Virus record (IMG/VR): IMGVR_UViG_3300025789_000042
Coordinates: 1-59,290 of that record
Strand: one strand, 5' to 3'
Source of the DNA: a virus
Taxonomy: Duplodnaviria > Caudoviricetes
DNA: 59,290 bases
Part shown: in pieces, positions 39,505-47,915 of the stretch
How positions within the stretch are numbered: position 1 is the stretch's first letter
Layout: the number at the start of each line of letters is the position of its first letter
Made by a program: the position numbers and the translations under genes
Notes under the pieces: generated by a model
Database searches by the model: none
Seen by the model: only the letters and a program-made list of their open reading frames with translations
Told to the model about the DNA's origin: nothing

Positions 39505-41373
39505 TTAAATCTCACATACGCCTGCGACGCAGGCCAACATTTGCGCACCTTCTACGTTGTCAGTGTTCTCCGAGAACTGGCTCCAATTGATCTTGGGCAG
39601 TTTGGCCAACAATGACTCGTACTCTTCCTTGGTGCATTCCTCGTAAGGCGCTTGGCGATATGTTCCGCCGTCATGGGGCAAGAACGACACGCCCGACATC
39701 TCATCGAAGTGCTCCCAAACAAACGCACCAACCTTCGGCCACTCTTCCTCTTTGACCGAGATGGTCACGGAGGGTTTGTGTTCACACCAGCTGCGTTGGT
39801 ATGTCAACCACAACTTCAAGTGGCTGATTGCATCCACGTCATCGCGCGTCACCAAGCCCTCTGGTGCTTTTTGTGGGAAGCTGAACACCGTGGTGGTCGT
39901 GGGCTTCATCACGCAAGCCTCGGCGGGGATGCCTTGGTTGACCAAAAACTGAGTCAACGGGTCTTTGTTGTCTCCGCGCACACGGCGAACGTAGTATGGC
40001 GCGTGGCGTGGGTGAATGCCGCTTGCTGTGTCGGTCAACTGGCTCACAGTGCCGCTTGGTTTGACAGCGGTGATGGCGGTTGACTTGGGGATACCCAATA
40101 ACTCAGCGTACTCCGCGTTTGCCTCACCGGCCACAACACGCAAATGCTCCAACCAAGGCGCGGCCTTCTTGCTGTCGCCCATGATCACATGGTCGTAGAT
40201 GCCAGTCAGCGAAACACCCAACAAACGCTCTTCTTCCGTGTTGCGCTGCCAGACCTTGCGCAGGTATGGGAAGTGCGTGAAGTTGGATTGGATCGTGCCC
40301 AAAATGGATGCCATGCGCACTTTCTGTGCGAGGCTGTCCAGTGTGTCTTCAGGGCGCACCATCACTTCGGTCAAGTTGCAGAACTGGTACGGGCGCAAGA
40401 TGATCTCAGAGCATGGGTTGGTTCCGAACTCAAAATTCTCATCACGTTTGCTATATTTGGCAACCATCTTCTTGGCTGCTTCACGGTTGAAAATGCCACG
40501 CTCACCCGAGTGGCTGTTGTACAGCGATGTCCATTCTTCCAAGAAAGTGCCCACCGTGGGTTTGGTCTCATACACAGCGCTATTGTTGGCCAGCGCGCGG
40601 TGGGGGTGTGTCTCCCACCAATTACCTGACTTGGCGTGACGAATGCGCTCGTCATTCAAGTCGCTCAATGAAATCATGGCAGAGCGGCGCACACCACCAA
40701 CCACAACAACCTCACCAATCTTGCACATCAAATCATGGCACTCAAGAGTGTGCAGTTTGCGACCCTGTGCAGCCTTGAAAGTTTTAATGGTGAAGCGGAA
40801 GAGGTCTTCCAGTGGCTCGGGGCCTGATGCACGACCACCGAAGGTTTTGAGCGGTGTGCCTGCGGCGCGTACCTTGCTCACGTCCCATTTTGGAATCTCG
40901 CCGGAATACAAGCTGGCGATCAGCAGGCGATACGATTTGGCCCAGCCTTCTTTGCTGTCATGCACGGTGATCAAGTGTTCGGAATCATACAAGCGTTCAG
41001 GCACGTCTGGCAGCTTGTTGACGTACTTGGATTCAACCGAGAAACCAACGCCTGTACCACACAGCAGAATGAACATTGCTTCGTCAAATGACTTGACGTC
41101 ATCCACGGGCAAGTACGAGCAGTTGTACACGCAGGTGTTGTCACGGTCTGCTGCTTTGCCTGCTGTCATCACGGCGCGCATACTGGGCATGATGTGGTGG
41201 CCAGCGATGGCGTTGAAGATGTCTTGTTTGTTGTCCGCGTTCAAAGCAGGGTGCTTATCGAACACATAATCCACATAGCGCTGGACTGTCTCGTTCCAGT
41301 CTTCCCTGCGACCGATTTCAGGTTTGAATTTGGCGTATCGGCTTTTGTGGATGTACTCTTGATATTGATTCAT
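39505..41373 (-). CDS. nrdJ: Class II (B12-dependent) ribonucleotide reductase
   Basis: PSMR, YNC, TNPCSEI, VKPSGT, C-terminal CxxxxC; no beta subunit nearby. Confidence 0.92.
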   Translation of the reverse strand: MNQYQEYIHKSRYAKFKPEIGRREDWNETVQRYVDYVFDKHPALNADNKQDIFNAIAGHHIMPSMRAVMTAGKAADRDNTCVYNCSYLPVDDVKSFDEAMFILLCGTGVGFSVESKYVNKLPDVPERLYDSEHLITVHDSKEGWAKSYRLLIASLYSGEIPKWDVSKVRAAGTPLKTFGGRASGPEPLEDLFRFTIKTFKAAQGRKLHTLECHDLMCKIGEVVVVGGVRRSAMISLSDLNDERIRHAKSGNWWETHPHRALANNSAVYETKPTVGTFLEEWTSLYNSHSGERGIFNREAAKKMVAKYSKRDENFEFGTNPCSEIILRPYQFCNLTEVMVRPEDTLDSLAQKVRMASILGTIQSNFTHFPYLRKVWQRNTEEERLLGVSLTGIYDHVIMGDSKKAAPWLEHLRVVAGEANAEYAELLGIPKSTAITAVKPSGTVSQLTDTASGIHPRHAPYYVRRVRGDNKDPLTQFLVNQGIPAEACVMKPTTTTVFSFPQKAPEGLVTRDDVDAISHLKLWLTYQRSWCEHKPSVTISVKEEEWPKVGAFVWEHFDEMSGVSFLPHDGGTYRQAPYEECTKEEYESLLAKLPKINWSQFSENTDNVEGAQMLACVAGVCEI

Positions 41374-41397
41374 TTTTCTTTTTGGTGTGCTAGAGGG

Positions 41398-41426
41398 AAA
41401 AAAGGCCCCGAGGGTTAGTCGGGGCC
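41398..41426 (-). terminator. Rho-independent terminator
   Basis: GGCCCCGA/TCGGGGCC stem with a U-run on the - strand. Confidence 0.75.
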
Positions 41427-41447
41427 GGCTTGTTGCTTAATTGCTAA

Positions 41448-41606
41448 TTAAGCTTCGGGTAGCCCTACGGGCTCTGGTGGTGTGGCTTGAGGCATTGCTT
41501 GAGAAACAATACGGCCAATCAACTCGTTCACTTCTGCATAGGGTTGGCGACCCAGTGATGCAAGAACTGCGTTCACATCGGGAATGGACAGCTTCAATTC
41601 AATCAT
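41448..41606 (-). CDS. Small hypothetical protein
   Basis: MIELKLSIPDVNAVLASLGRQPYAEVNELIGRI (read manually). Confidence 0.6.
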   Translation of the reverse strand: MIELKLSIPDVNAVLASLGRQPYAEVNELIGRIVSQAMPQATPPEPVGLPEA

Positions 41607-41776
41607 TCGCTGGCCTCTACATAGGCTGCTTCGACTTCAGCGATTGCTGTTTGCAAATCCAAAAACTTTTGCAAGTCGGAGGTATGAATTGCAACTCGTG
41701 TACCATCGGACAATGTGATGTTTGTGGTGTGCTTCGGGGACGTCTCGGTTGAAATTGCGTACATTTTGAAATCCAT
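41603..41776 (-). CDS. Small hypothetical protein
   Basis: 57-aa ORF, ATGA-coupled to the next gene. Confidence 0.45.
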   Translation of the reverse strand: MDFKMYAISTETSPKHTTNITLSDGTRVAIHTSDLQKFLDLQTAIAEVEAAYVEASE

Positions 41777-41789
41777 CAAAAAAGTTTTA

Positions 41790-41863
41790 TGGTCAGGGTG
41801 GCAAGAATCGAACTTGCACTACAAGGTTCCAAACCTCGGCGACTACCACTATCATACACCCTG
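41790..41863 (-). tRNA. tRNA-Pro(UGG)
   Basis: CAGGGTG/CACCCTG acceptor, TT-TGG-AA loop, GTTCGATT T-loop, encoded CCA. Confidence 0.85.
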
Positions 41864-41867
41864 AATT

Positions 41868-41943
41868 TGGCTCCCCAGCGTGGGCTCGAACCACGGACAA
41901 CACGGTTAACAGCCGTGTGCTCTACCAACTGAGCTACTGGGGA
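41868..41943 (-). tRNA. tRNA-Asn(GUU)
   Basis: TCCCCAG acceptor, CT-GTT-AA loop, GCCA end. Confidence 0.93.
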
Positions 41944-41946
41944 ATT

Positions 41947-42023
41947 TGGTTGCGGAGAGCTGGACTCGAACCAGCGACCTTGGGATTATGAGTCCCCTGC
42001 TCTACCAACTGAGCTATCCCGCA
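41947..42023 (-). tRNA. tRNA(CAU), Met or Ile2
   Basis: CT-CAT-AA loop, TTCGAG T-loop, ACCA end. Confidence 0.85.
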
Positions 42024-42032
42024 TTGAACCGA

Positions 42033-42548
42033 TTAGACCGCGAAGTCTTCTGCTGCGGACTTACCGCCGCCCAGACGTTCGCCGTCTTCCAATTTCTGAA
42101 GGTTGCCCAAACCACATGCGATACCCTTGGAGCCTTGTTGGTTGTATGGGTAGAATGTCAGAGACACACGACCGTAGCAACCGCTGTAGAACTCGTCAGC
42201 ATCCAAGATTGGTTCGAGGTTGGCGTCAACGACACCGGGCTTTTGCACTGAGTTTGCGTTGATGAAAAATGCACCTTGATAGGCCGCATCATCTTTCTCC
42301 GCATCACCGTCACGCAAACCACCTTTGAGGCCTTTGGGCACTGTGCCGCCGAAGAAGGCTGCGCTGGCGGCTTTGGCTTTCTCAAAGGCCGCGTTGATTT
42401 TGGCGACCGTTTCCTTGTCATTCTTGTCAATAATCACCGACACAGAATACTTAGGTGTCTTGCCCTCTTCTTGCGCAACGGGCTTGAACACGTTTGCATA
42501 GGAAAAACGGACTTTACCTGTAATCACACGCTCATTAACTTTTGACAT
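42033..42548 (-). CDS. ssb: Single-stranded DNA-binding protein (DUF2815/gp2.5-like)
   Basis: VRFSYANVF, KYSVS, LRDGD, FYSGCY, GIACGLGNLQKLEDGERLGG. Confidence 0.9.
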   Translation of the reverse strand: MSKVNERVITGKVRFSYANVFKPVAQEEGKTPKYSVSVIIDKNDKETVAKINAAFEKAKAASAAFFGGTVPKGLKGGLRDGDAEKDDAAYQGAFFINANSVQKPGVVDANLEPILDADEFYSGCYGRVSLTFYPYNQQGSKGIACGLGNLQKLEDGERLGGGKSAAEDFAV

Positions 42549-42573
42549 ACTGTTTGACTTTCAAATCTTGAAC

Positions 42574-42609
42574 GACAGCACTTGGAACTGGCGGCTGTCA
42601 TTTGCCAGT
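42574..42609 (-). promoter_or_regulatory. H-type pseudoknot in the ssb leader
   Basis: - strand ACTGGC aaat GACAGC c GCCAGT tccaagt GCTGTC. Confidence 0.65.
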
Positions 42610-42631
42610 GAATTCAATAACCCATTTTTCG

Positions 42632-43762
42632 TTATGTGAAATCTGCCTTGGCGGATTTCTTGGCCAGAACCAATTTGACCTCGCCCTCTGGGCGCACAAC
42701 CAAATCACCCAGCGCCGCGTTCACGCCTTCTTTGTCCAGCTTCTCCAGCTGTGCAATTGACTTGAGCGTGGGTGGGGCAAAGATGTCTTCCTCTTTGAAC
42801 CCGGCCTTGATCAGCTTGGCTCGTGCGGCTTCAACATCTTCGATCTTGCGGTTGGTCTTGCTGCGACCCAGCTCGTAGCCTTCGGGCACAACGCCATCAT
42901 CCGTGGCTCGGTCCAAAATGTATTGCTCCACGTCACCCAGCCACTTCTTGATGGCGGAAGATCGGCGCAACACGTCGATGATCTCAGCTTCAGTCAGCAG
43001 GGCTGGCGCTTTGAAGTCGCGGGCTGCATCCATGTCGTTGAACTCAGCGCGCGCGCGGCATTGCTGCTTGGCACGACAGAACTGGCAATGATCGCCGGGA
43101 ATGAAGTCGCCATCGCCGTTCCATGCCTTTTTGGCCTTGGGTTTGACAAAGTGGATCGCCCAATCCAACAGCTTGGGCAGCGTGGTGGTGTCGGTCGTGA
43201 TGCTGTCAAGTCGCGGCTGGTGGATCGTGTACTCAATCTCGGACAAGTTGGGGTGCGCATCCTTGTATTTCCACCATGCGCCAATGGCGTACAGTCGCAG
43301 TTGTGGGTTGTCTTCGGCATCGACAGCCACGCCTTTACCAAACTTCAAGTCGATCACACGGATTTTGGTGTCACTGATGATCACCACGTCTGCCGTGCCG
43401 AACCCGTCAGGAACCCATTCACTGAAGTCCACGCGCTGCTCAAAATATGGTGTGTCGCCTTCCCCAATTTGAGAGCGCACATACAGGACGTAGTTGTCCA
43501 CGTAGCGCTCAAACTCTTCGTCGTAGTAGGGGGTTGCCTTGACTTCGTTGAGGGCTTCAACATATTCCTTGGCGGTGATTTGGCCGTAGTGGCGTTTGAG
43601 CTTGGCCTCAGCCAAGTTGTGCGCTGTTGTGCCCTCCGCGCTGACGTCAAAGGCTCCGGTCTTGCGTTTGGGTTCGGGCAGGACTGCTTCCAGTCTGGCA
43701 CTTGGGGTGCAGGTCAACCACCGCTTTGAACCGGAGGCTGATAAAAGTGCATGTGCTGTCAT
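42632..43762 (-). CDS. DUF2800 Cas4-like PD-(D/E)xK nuclease
   Basis: HALLSAS..RWLTC, GTADV, IDLKFG, QLRLYA, CQFC..CRAR. Confidence 0.9.
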   Translation of the reverse strand: MTAHALLSASGSKRWLTCTPSARLEAVLPEPKRKTGAFDVSAEGTTAHNLAEAKLKRHYGQITAKEYVEALNEVKATPYYDEEFERYVDNYVLYVRSQIGEGDTPYFEQRVDFSEWVPDGFGTADVVIISDTKIRVIDLKFGKGVAVDAEDNPQLRLYAIGAWWKYKDAHPNLSEIEYTIHQPRLDSITTDTTTLPKLLDWAIHFVKPKAKKAWNGDGDFIPGDHCQFCRAKQQCRARAEFNDMDAARDFKAPALLTEAEIIDVLRRSSAIKKWLGDVEQYILDRATDDGVVPEGYELGRSKTNRKIEDVEAARAKLIKAGFKEEDIFAPPTLKSIAQLEKLDKEGVNAALGDLVVRPEGEVKLVLAKKSAKADFT

Positions 43763-43784
43763 TCAATATCTTTCTGCAAAGATT

Positions 43785-43806
43785 AAAAAGCCCGCCGAAG
43801 CGGGCT
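43785..43806 (-). terminator. Rho-independent terminator after terS
   Basis: AGCCCGC-TTCG-GCGGGCT-TTTT on the - strand (UUCG loop). Confidence 0.85.
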
Positions 43807-43826
43807 GCTTGGTTTGGCTGATGAGG

Positions 43827-44222
43827 TCAGCCAGCCTTTTTGAGACTTGCGATCAAGTCATTCACCGCACTGCCAAAGTCCACTGTGACTTCGGCCTTGA
43901 GATCAACCTTCTGGGTTCGATCTTCGCGGTAGGTGTCCCCAAACTGGCCTCGAAGGGCAATCTCAGCCAAACGGGAGTTGAAAGCTTTGTTGCTCAAATT
44001 GGCCAAAAGCTCACGCTCCCAATACGCTTGACTGTGAACCAAAGCCATATCCAGTGCATCGGCAAACTCAGGGTGGTTCTTTTTGAACGTCTGCGCGGCG
44101 CCCGCGCTGATGCCCAACTCAGCCCAAATCATTTTTTGGGAGCTGCCCAGTTTGCCCAACTCGATCATGCGTTCGCACATCTCGGGCTTGAATACGTATT
44201 TGGTTTTTTTCTTTTCGGCCAT
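43827..44222 (-). CDS. terS: Putative terminase small subunit
   Basis: KYVFKPEMCERMIELGKLG..AELGIS HTH..HPEFADAL..SQAYWE pattern typical of TerS. Confidence 0.7.
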   Translation of the reverse strand: MAEKKKTKYVFKPEMCERMIELGKLGSSQKMIWAELGISAGAAQTFKKNHPEFADALDMALVHSQAYWERELLANLSNKAFNSRLAEIALRGQFGDTYREDRTQKVDLKAEVTVDFGSAVNDLIASLKKAG

Positions 44223-44233
44223 GGTGGGATTCC

Positions 44234-44272
44234 TCTATTAGGAATTACCCATTTTGAGTGGGTGAGTCGCCC
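44234..44272 (-). promoter_or_regulatory. Putative phage late promoter, copy 7
   Basis: - strand GGGCGA-N14-ATGGGTAATTCCTAATAGA directly upstream of terS. Confidence 0.7.
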
Positions 44273-45144
44273 GTGGTGGGTGCTAGGTTGGCGTCACGCA
44301 CGGCGGCGCGCTGCTTGGCCTCGGCCACGGCTTGGTTATAGACCATGCGCGTGATGGCTCCGGCCATCTCTAGGCGTTTTTGCTCGGTTGACTTAACGCC
44401 CAAGCTGCCCATCAGTTGTTGTGCTTCGTTCATTTTTTCTCCTTGAGTTGTTGCAATCTAAATGCTGTGAGTTCACCGAGAATTACATCTCGTTCTGCTA
44501 AATCTTGGAATTCCCAAATACCAAGAACCTCTTTGGTTTTGTCAAACATCGGTTCGGTGACGGACAGTTGAATTTCAATGTCGTTTGTTCCGTTGTCTGT
44601 CACATACTCGACAATGAAGCCGTTCATGTTTGTCCCCTTTCTCTTATCAGCTTAGACAATCCTTTCATCCACTTGTACATGTCGTTTTTACCAACGGTCT
44701 TTGCCCATCTATCAAGTCGCTCATCACACACCTTTGCACATTCTTCGCGTTCCACTTCAACGCCGCTATCAAAGCCCGACATGAAGGCTTCTGAAATAGC
44801 AATTTGAGGTTTGTGTTTATCCAATATTCGTTTGGTAAAAACTTCAAGGCGATGCAGAAACTGTAAATGGTTTGTGCCCAAGGCGTACACATCCAATCCT
44901 GACGCTCTTGCCTCGTCAAAAATTTCATCTTGTGTCATTCTTCCTCCGGTGGTCGAACGCCGTGAAGCAATCCTTGTTCGTACCCAGCTTCAAAACCATT
45001 GTTGCGCACCTCCACAGCAAAATCAATCAGCTGGTTTGTTGTGAAGGGCTGCATGGGCACTTCCCAAATGTTGAAAATGTGTGATGACACTTGACCAAGT
45101 TTATGCTTGCTGGCAAGCATCACAACTTCTTCTGCGAACGTCAT
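44245..45144 (-). CDS. Four small hypothetical genes (44245-44433, 44430-44627, 44624-44938, 44935-45144)
   Basis: Chain of ATGA-overlapping ORFs. Confidence 0.6.
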
Positions 45145-45434
45145 ACTTTAAGTTCCTTTTTGATTTTGTTGACTGCGGACGCATACCAGTACCGCCAATA
45201 TTTTTCTGAGACAGCGAGGTCTTTGTGATTGTAGCCCATTAAGTGTGCTTCAATAATTTCACGCTGCTTATCGTTGAGTTTGTCCGCGATGATGTTGTAC
45301 ACATCTTGGATCGTTTCCGGCCCCCAAGGAGCCCAACCCATGGTCGATGGCTCAACCGAGGGGTCTTCGTTTTCCAACGGGTCTGGTTCTTCATCAGACA
45401 ACCGTTTTATGCTTGCAAATACTGTCACCTTCAT
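45141..45434 (-). CDS. Sigma70 region-4-like HTH protein
   Basis: KLNDKQREIIEAHLMGYNHKDLA..SAVNKIKKEL. Confidence 0.5.
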   Translation of the reverse strand: MKVTVFASIKRLSDEEPDPLENEDPSVEPSTMGWAPWGPETIQDVYNIIADKLNDKQREIIEAHLMGYNHKDLAVSEKYWRYWYASAVNKIKKELKV

Positions 45435-46771
45435 TAGATTTTTAACGCTTTCATTAGCGCCTCCTGTACATCAACCTTGCCGTTGCAGACGTCCATCGCT
45501 TGCTCATCCATGCTTTTTTCCATCAGCAAAAAATGAAAAATAAGCGGCTTGGTCTGCCCTTGTCTGTATAGACGTGCATTTGCTTGTAAAAAGTCTTCAC
45601 TGTTCCAAGTTATGTCGAACCAAACCACTTGCGCGGTATCTCCGACATTGCACTGTAAATTCAAACCGATACCCACACTCTTTGGGTGGCACAGCAAGTG
45701 TGTGATCTCGCCGCGCCGCCACGCCTCTTGCATTTCTTCGTCGTCTGGGTCAAGCACCTTTGCGTCTGGGAACGCAGCTTGCAGCTTGGCCAACGAGTGT
45801 TTGAAGTTGTAGAAAATCAGCGTTGGTGTCTCTTCGTCAAGCAGGTCTTTGAGGTAGTTGATTTTTTCCTCGTGGACTAGCAAAACATTTTTGAATTCGT
45901 CGTACACAGAGCCTGAACACATTTGCAGCAGTTTGCCACTGAGTGTGCCCGCACTGGGTGCTGTGATGTCAATGTCGCCAATCTCGACAACCATGTCTTT
46001 TTTGAGCGTGTTGTACATCGCTCGTCCAGCTTTGTCCCACTCAATATTGTGGTAGATGTCTTGGCGCGGCGGCATGGTCAAGTAGTCTTCTGCGCGCAGA
46101 GAAAAACAAATATCACCAACCAGAGAGTCGATCTCTTCCTTGGCTCCGGGTTTCAGTTTCCAACTCCACACCACGCCTGTTCGTCGATCCCTTGCGTCCG
46201 GCAGGAAGAACTTTTCCTTGTAGGAAGTCATCGATTTCCCGAGTCGTTGCCCCAAGTCGAGGATGCCCACTTGCGTCCACAGGTCGAGGTACGACTTCGG
46301 GGTCGGCGTCCCCGTAAGAATGAACCTGTGCGAAAACGTCTTTAGCGAGCCCTTCAATGATTTCCAGCGTTTGGACGATGGATTCTTGAACCTGCTCGAT
46401 TCGTCCAACACAAGGTTGTCCCATGATGGTAACGTCTTCTGCTCGAAGAGCCATGGCACATTCTCGGGATTGATCAAGTAAATCTCGGCATTGCTGCGCA
46501 AGGCTGCTAACCTTTCTTGCGGCGTTCCGACCAGAAGGGCGAACTTGAAGTTGGTCGTATGCTCCCATTTTTTAGCCTCCTGTCGCCACACGTTTTTGGC
46601 CACTGCCTTCGGCGCAATCAGTAGTGTCTTGCCCTTGATTTTCGTCAAGATGGTCAGCGTTGTTGGCGTCTTGCCTAACCCCATGTCCATGAACAACCCC
46701 ATGTGGGGTGTCGTCTCGGACTTGTTCACCATCGTTCGTTGGTACTCGTGCAATTGGTCGATGCGTAACAT
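45434..46771 (-). CDS. SNF2-family helicase
   Basis: MGLGKT, LDES, LTGTP, GLNLQ, ARLYRQGQ. Confidence 0.93.
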   Translation of the reverse strand: MLRIDQLHEYQRTMVNKSETTPHMGLFMDMGLGKTPTTLTILTKIKGKTLLIAPKAVAKNVWRQEAKKWEHTTNFKFALLVGTPQERLAALRSNAEIYLINPENVPWLFEQKTLPSWDNLVLDESSRFKNPSSKRWKSLKGSLKTFSHRFILTGTPTPKSYLDLWTQVGILDLGQRLGKSMTSYKEKFFLPDARDRRTGVVWSWKLKPGAKEEIDSLVGDICFSLRAEDYLTMPPRQDIYHNIEWDKAGRAMYNTLKKDMVVEIGDIDITAPSAGTLSGKLLQMCSGSVYDEFKNVLLVHEEKINYLKDLLDEETPTLIFYNFKHSLAKLQAAFPDAKVLDPDDEEMQEAWRRGEITHLLCHPKSVGIGLNLQCNVGDTAQVVWFDITWNSEDFLQANARLYRQGQTKPLIFHFLLMEKSMDEQAMDVCNGKVDVQEALMKALKI

Positions 46772-47256
46772 CAGTTGCTTCCTCCCGGTGTTTTATCTCG
46801 CGCTGCAACAATTCGAGTGTGCGCGGGAAGGATGAGGTAGGTATTTGCAGGATCATCAAAGGCGGGCGGTCTAGCACCTCCATTGAGCACTTCCTTTCTT
46901 TTGGTTTGCAGCCAGTCGGCAATGAGTCGAAGCTCATTTTCGTCGGCGTTGTTTTTGATCGTATTGGCTTTGTGCGACATCCAAGCCACGTTGCCTTTCG
47001 TGTACCCTCGTTCAGGAATGATACGGTCTAGGCTTGGTGAGTCCGGTGAAGCATGACCGTTGACAGCCCCTTTGCCATACCCCCAAAAAAGAGGGATTTT
47101 GAAAATAGGACATAGATCAGGGGCAATCGCGCAAAGAAATTTGTGATCAAGATTGAACTCAACCCCATCTTCCTTTGCGCGCTGGCGAATCGCATACATC
47201 ATTTTACTGATGTGGTTGCGCTTGTCTCGCCTCCACTTTTTTTCATCTTCAGTCAT
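46771..47256 (-). CDS. HNH-like homing endonuclease
   Basis: CPIF..SPSLDRIIPERGYTKGNVAWMSHKANTIK. Confidence 0.8.
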   Translation of the reverse strand: MTEDEKKWRRDKRNHISKMMYAIRQRAKEDGVEFNLDHKFLCAIAPDLCPIFKIPLFWGYGKGAVNGHASPDSPSLDRIIPERGYTKGNVAWMSHKANTIKNNADENELRLIADWLQTKRKEVLNGGARPPAFDDPANTYLILPAHTRIVAARDKTPGGSN

Positions 47257-47527
47257 CTAGCTGCTCAATGAATTGTTGTACCATCTCGGGCGTCGATAAA
47301 ATGTGGACTACGATGCCTAACTGTTGAAGCTGACGTATCATGTACTCTTGGCGGGCTGACAGCTTCCCCTTTGGGTCTTTCATCTCCACGGGTATGATCT
47401 TTGATTGGTAGATCACTAAGCGATCCGGTACTCCTGTCGTCCCCGGGCTTGTCCACTTCAGGCACAGTCCCCCCTTTGCCTTTACCTTCTTTACGAGCTG
47501 CTGCTCTAGCCCTTTTTCGTTCTGCAT
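47249..47527 (-). CDS. VRR-NUC domain nuclease
   Basis: EKGLEQ..KWTSPGTTGVPDRL..VEMK..GKLSARQ. Confidence 0.88.
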   Translation of the reverse strand: MQNEKGLEQQLVKKVKAKGGLCLKWTSPGTTGVPDRLVIYQSKIIPVEMKDPKGKLSARQEYMIRQLQQLGIVVHILSTPEMVQQFIEQLDD

Positions 47528-47915
47528 TGACACACTCCACGATACACTGGTGAAACACTTGCTCAACGATATGCTGCACAAGGTACGCACGGCTTTCAGG
47601 GCCGAATTGCTCTTTTGGTTCGCCAATGTGCTCAAGAATACTGTCAACAACGTGGCATGTTTCATGAGCTACTGTGCCCGCGAGGGACGCAGCGTCATCG
47701 GCGCGCAACTGAATGTCAACAATTAAAATCACCAAACACTGGCCACCCCTTGCGATGGTGTGCGTTTCCGCAACAGACCCATTCAATGGTGACGCGGCCA
47801 ACTGTTCAGGCACTTCAAAGTCTTTGAGGATTTGGTTGAATCCAGCTTCGTCAAAGCAAAGCTTGACGTGAGTGGGGTATAAACCAATATCAATGTCGTA
47901 GTATCTCAATTTCAT
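47265..47915 (-). CDS. Hypothetical protein with HExxH motif
   Basis: TVAHETCH..ESRAYL; C-terminus overlaps VRR-NUC in another frame. Confidence 0.6.
   Translation of the reverse strand: MKLRYYDIDIGLYPTHVKLCFDEAGFNQILKDFEVPEQLAASPLNGSVAETHTIARGGQCLVILIVDIQLRADDAASLAGTVAHETCHVVDSILEHIGEPKEQFGPESRAYLVQHIVEQVFHQCIVECVNAERKRARAAARKEGKGKGGTVPEVDKPGDDRSTGSLSDLPIKDHTRGDERPKGEAVSPPRVHDTSASTVRHRSPHFIDARDGTTIH

Noticed and set aside
41799-41819. Additional sigma-54-like TGGCAAG...TTGC sequence
   Set aside because: It is the T-arm of tRNA-Pro, and the spacing is wrong
42632-43762. CRISPR-associated Cas4
   Set aside because: DUF2800 nuclease in the usual SSB/PolA replication context; no array or other cas genes
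2492-44354. Long antisense ORFs (e.g. 2492..3433, 8325..9218, 37139..38248, 42923..43729)
   Set aside because: Shadow frames of well-supported genes, arising from codon bias
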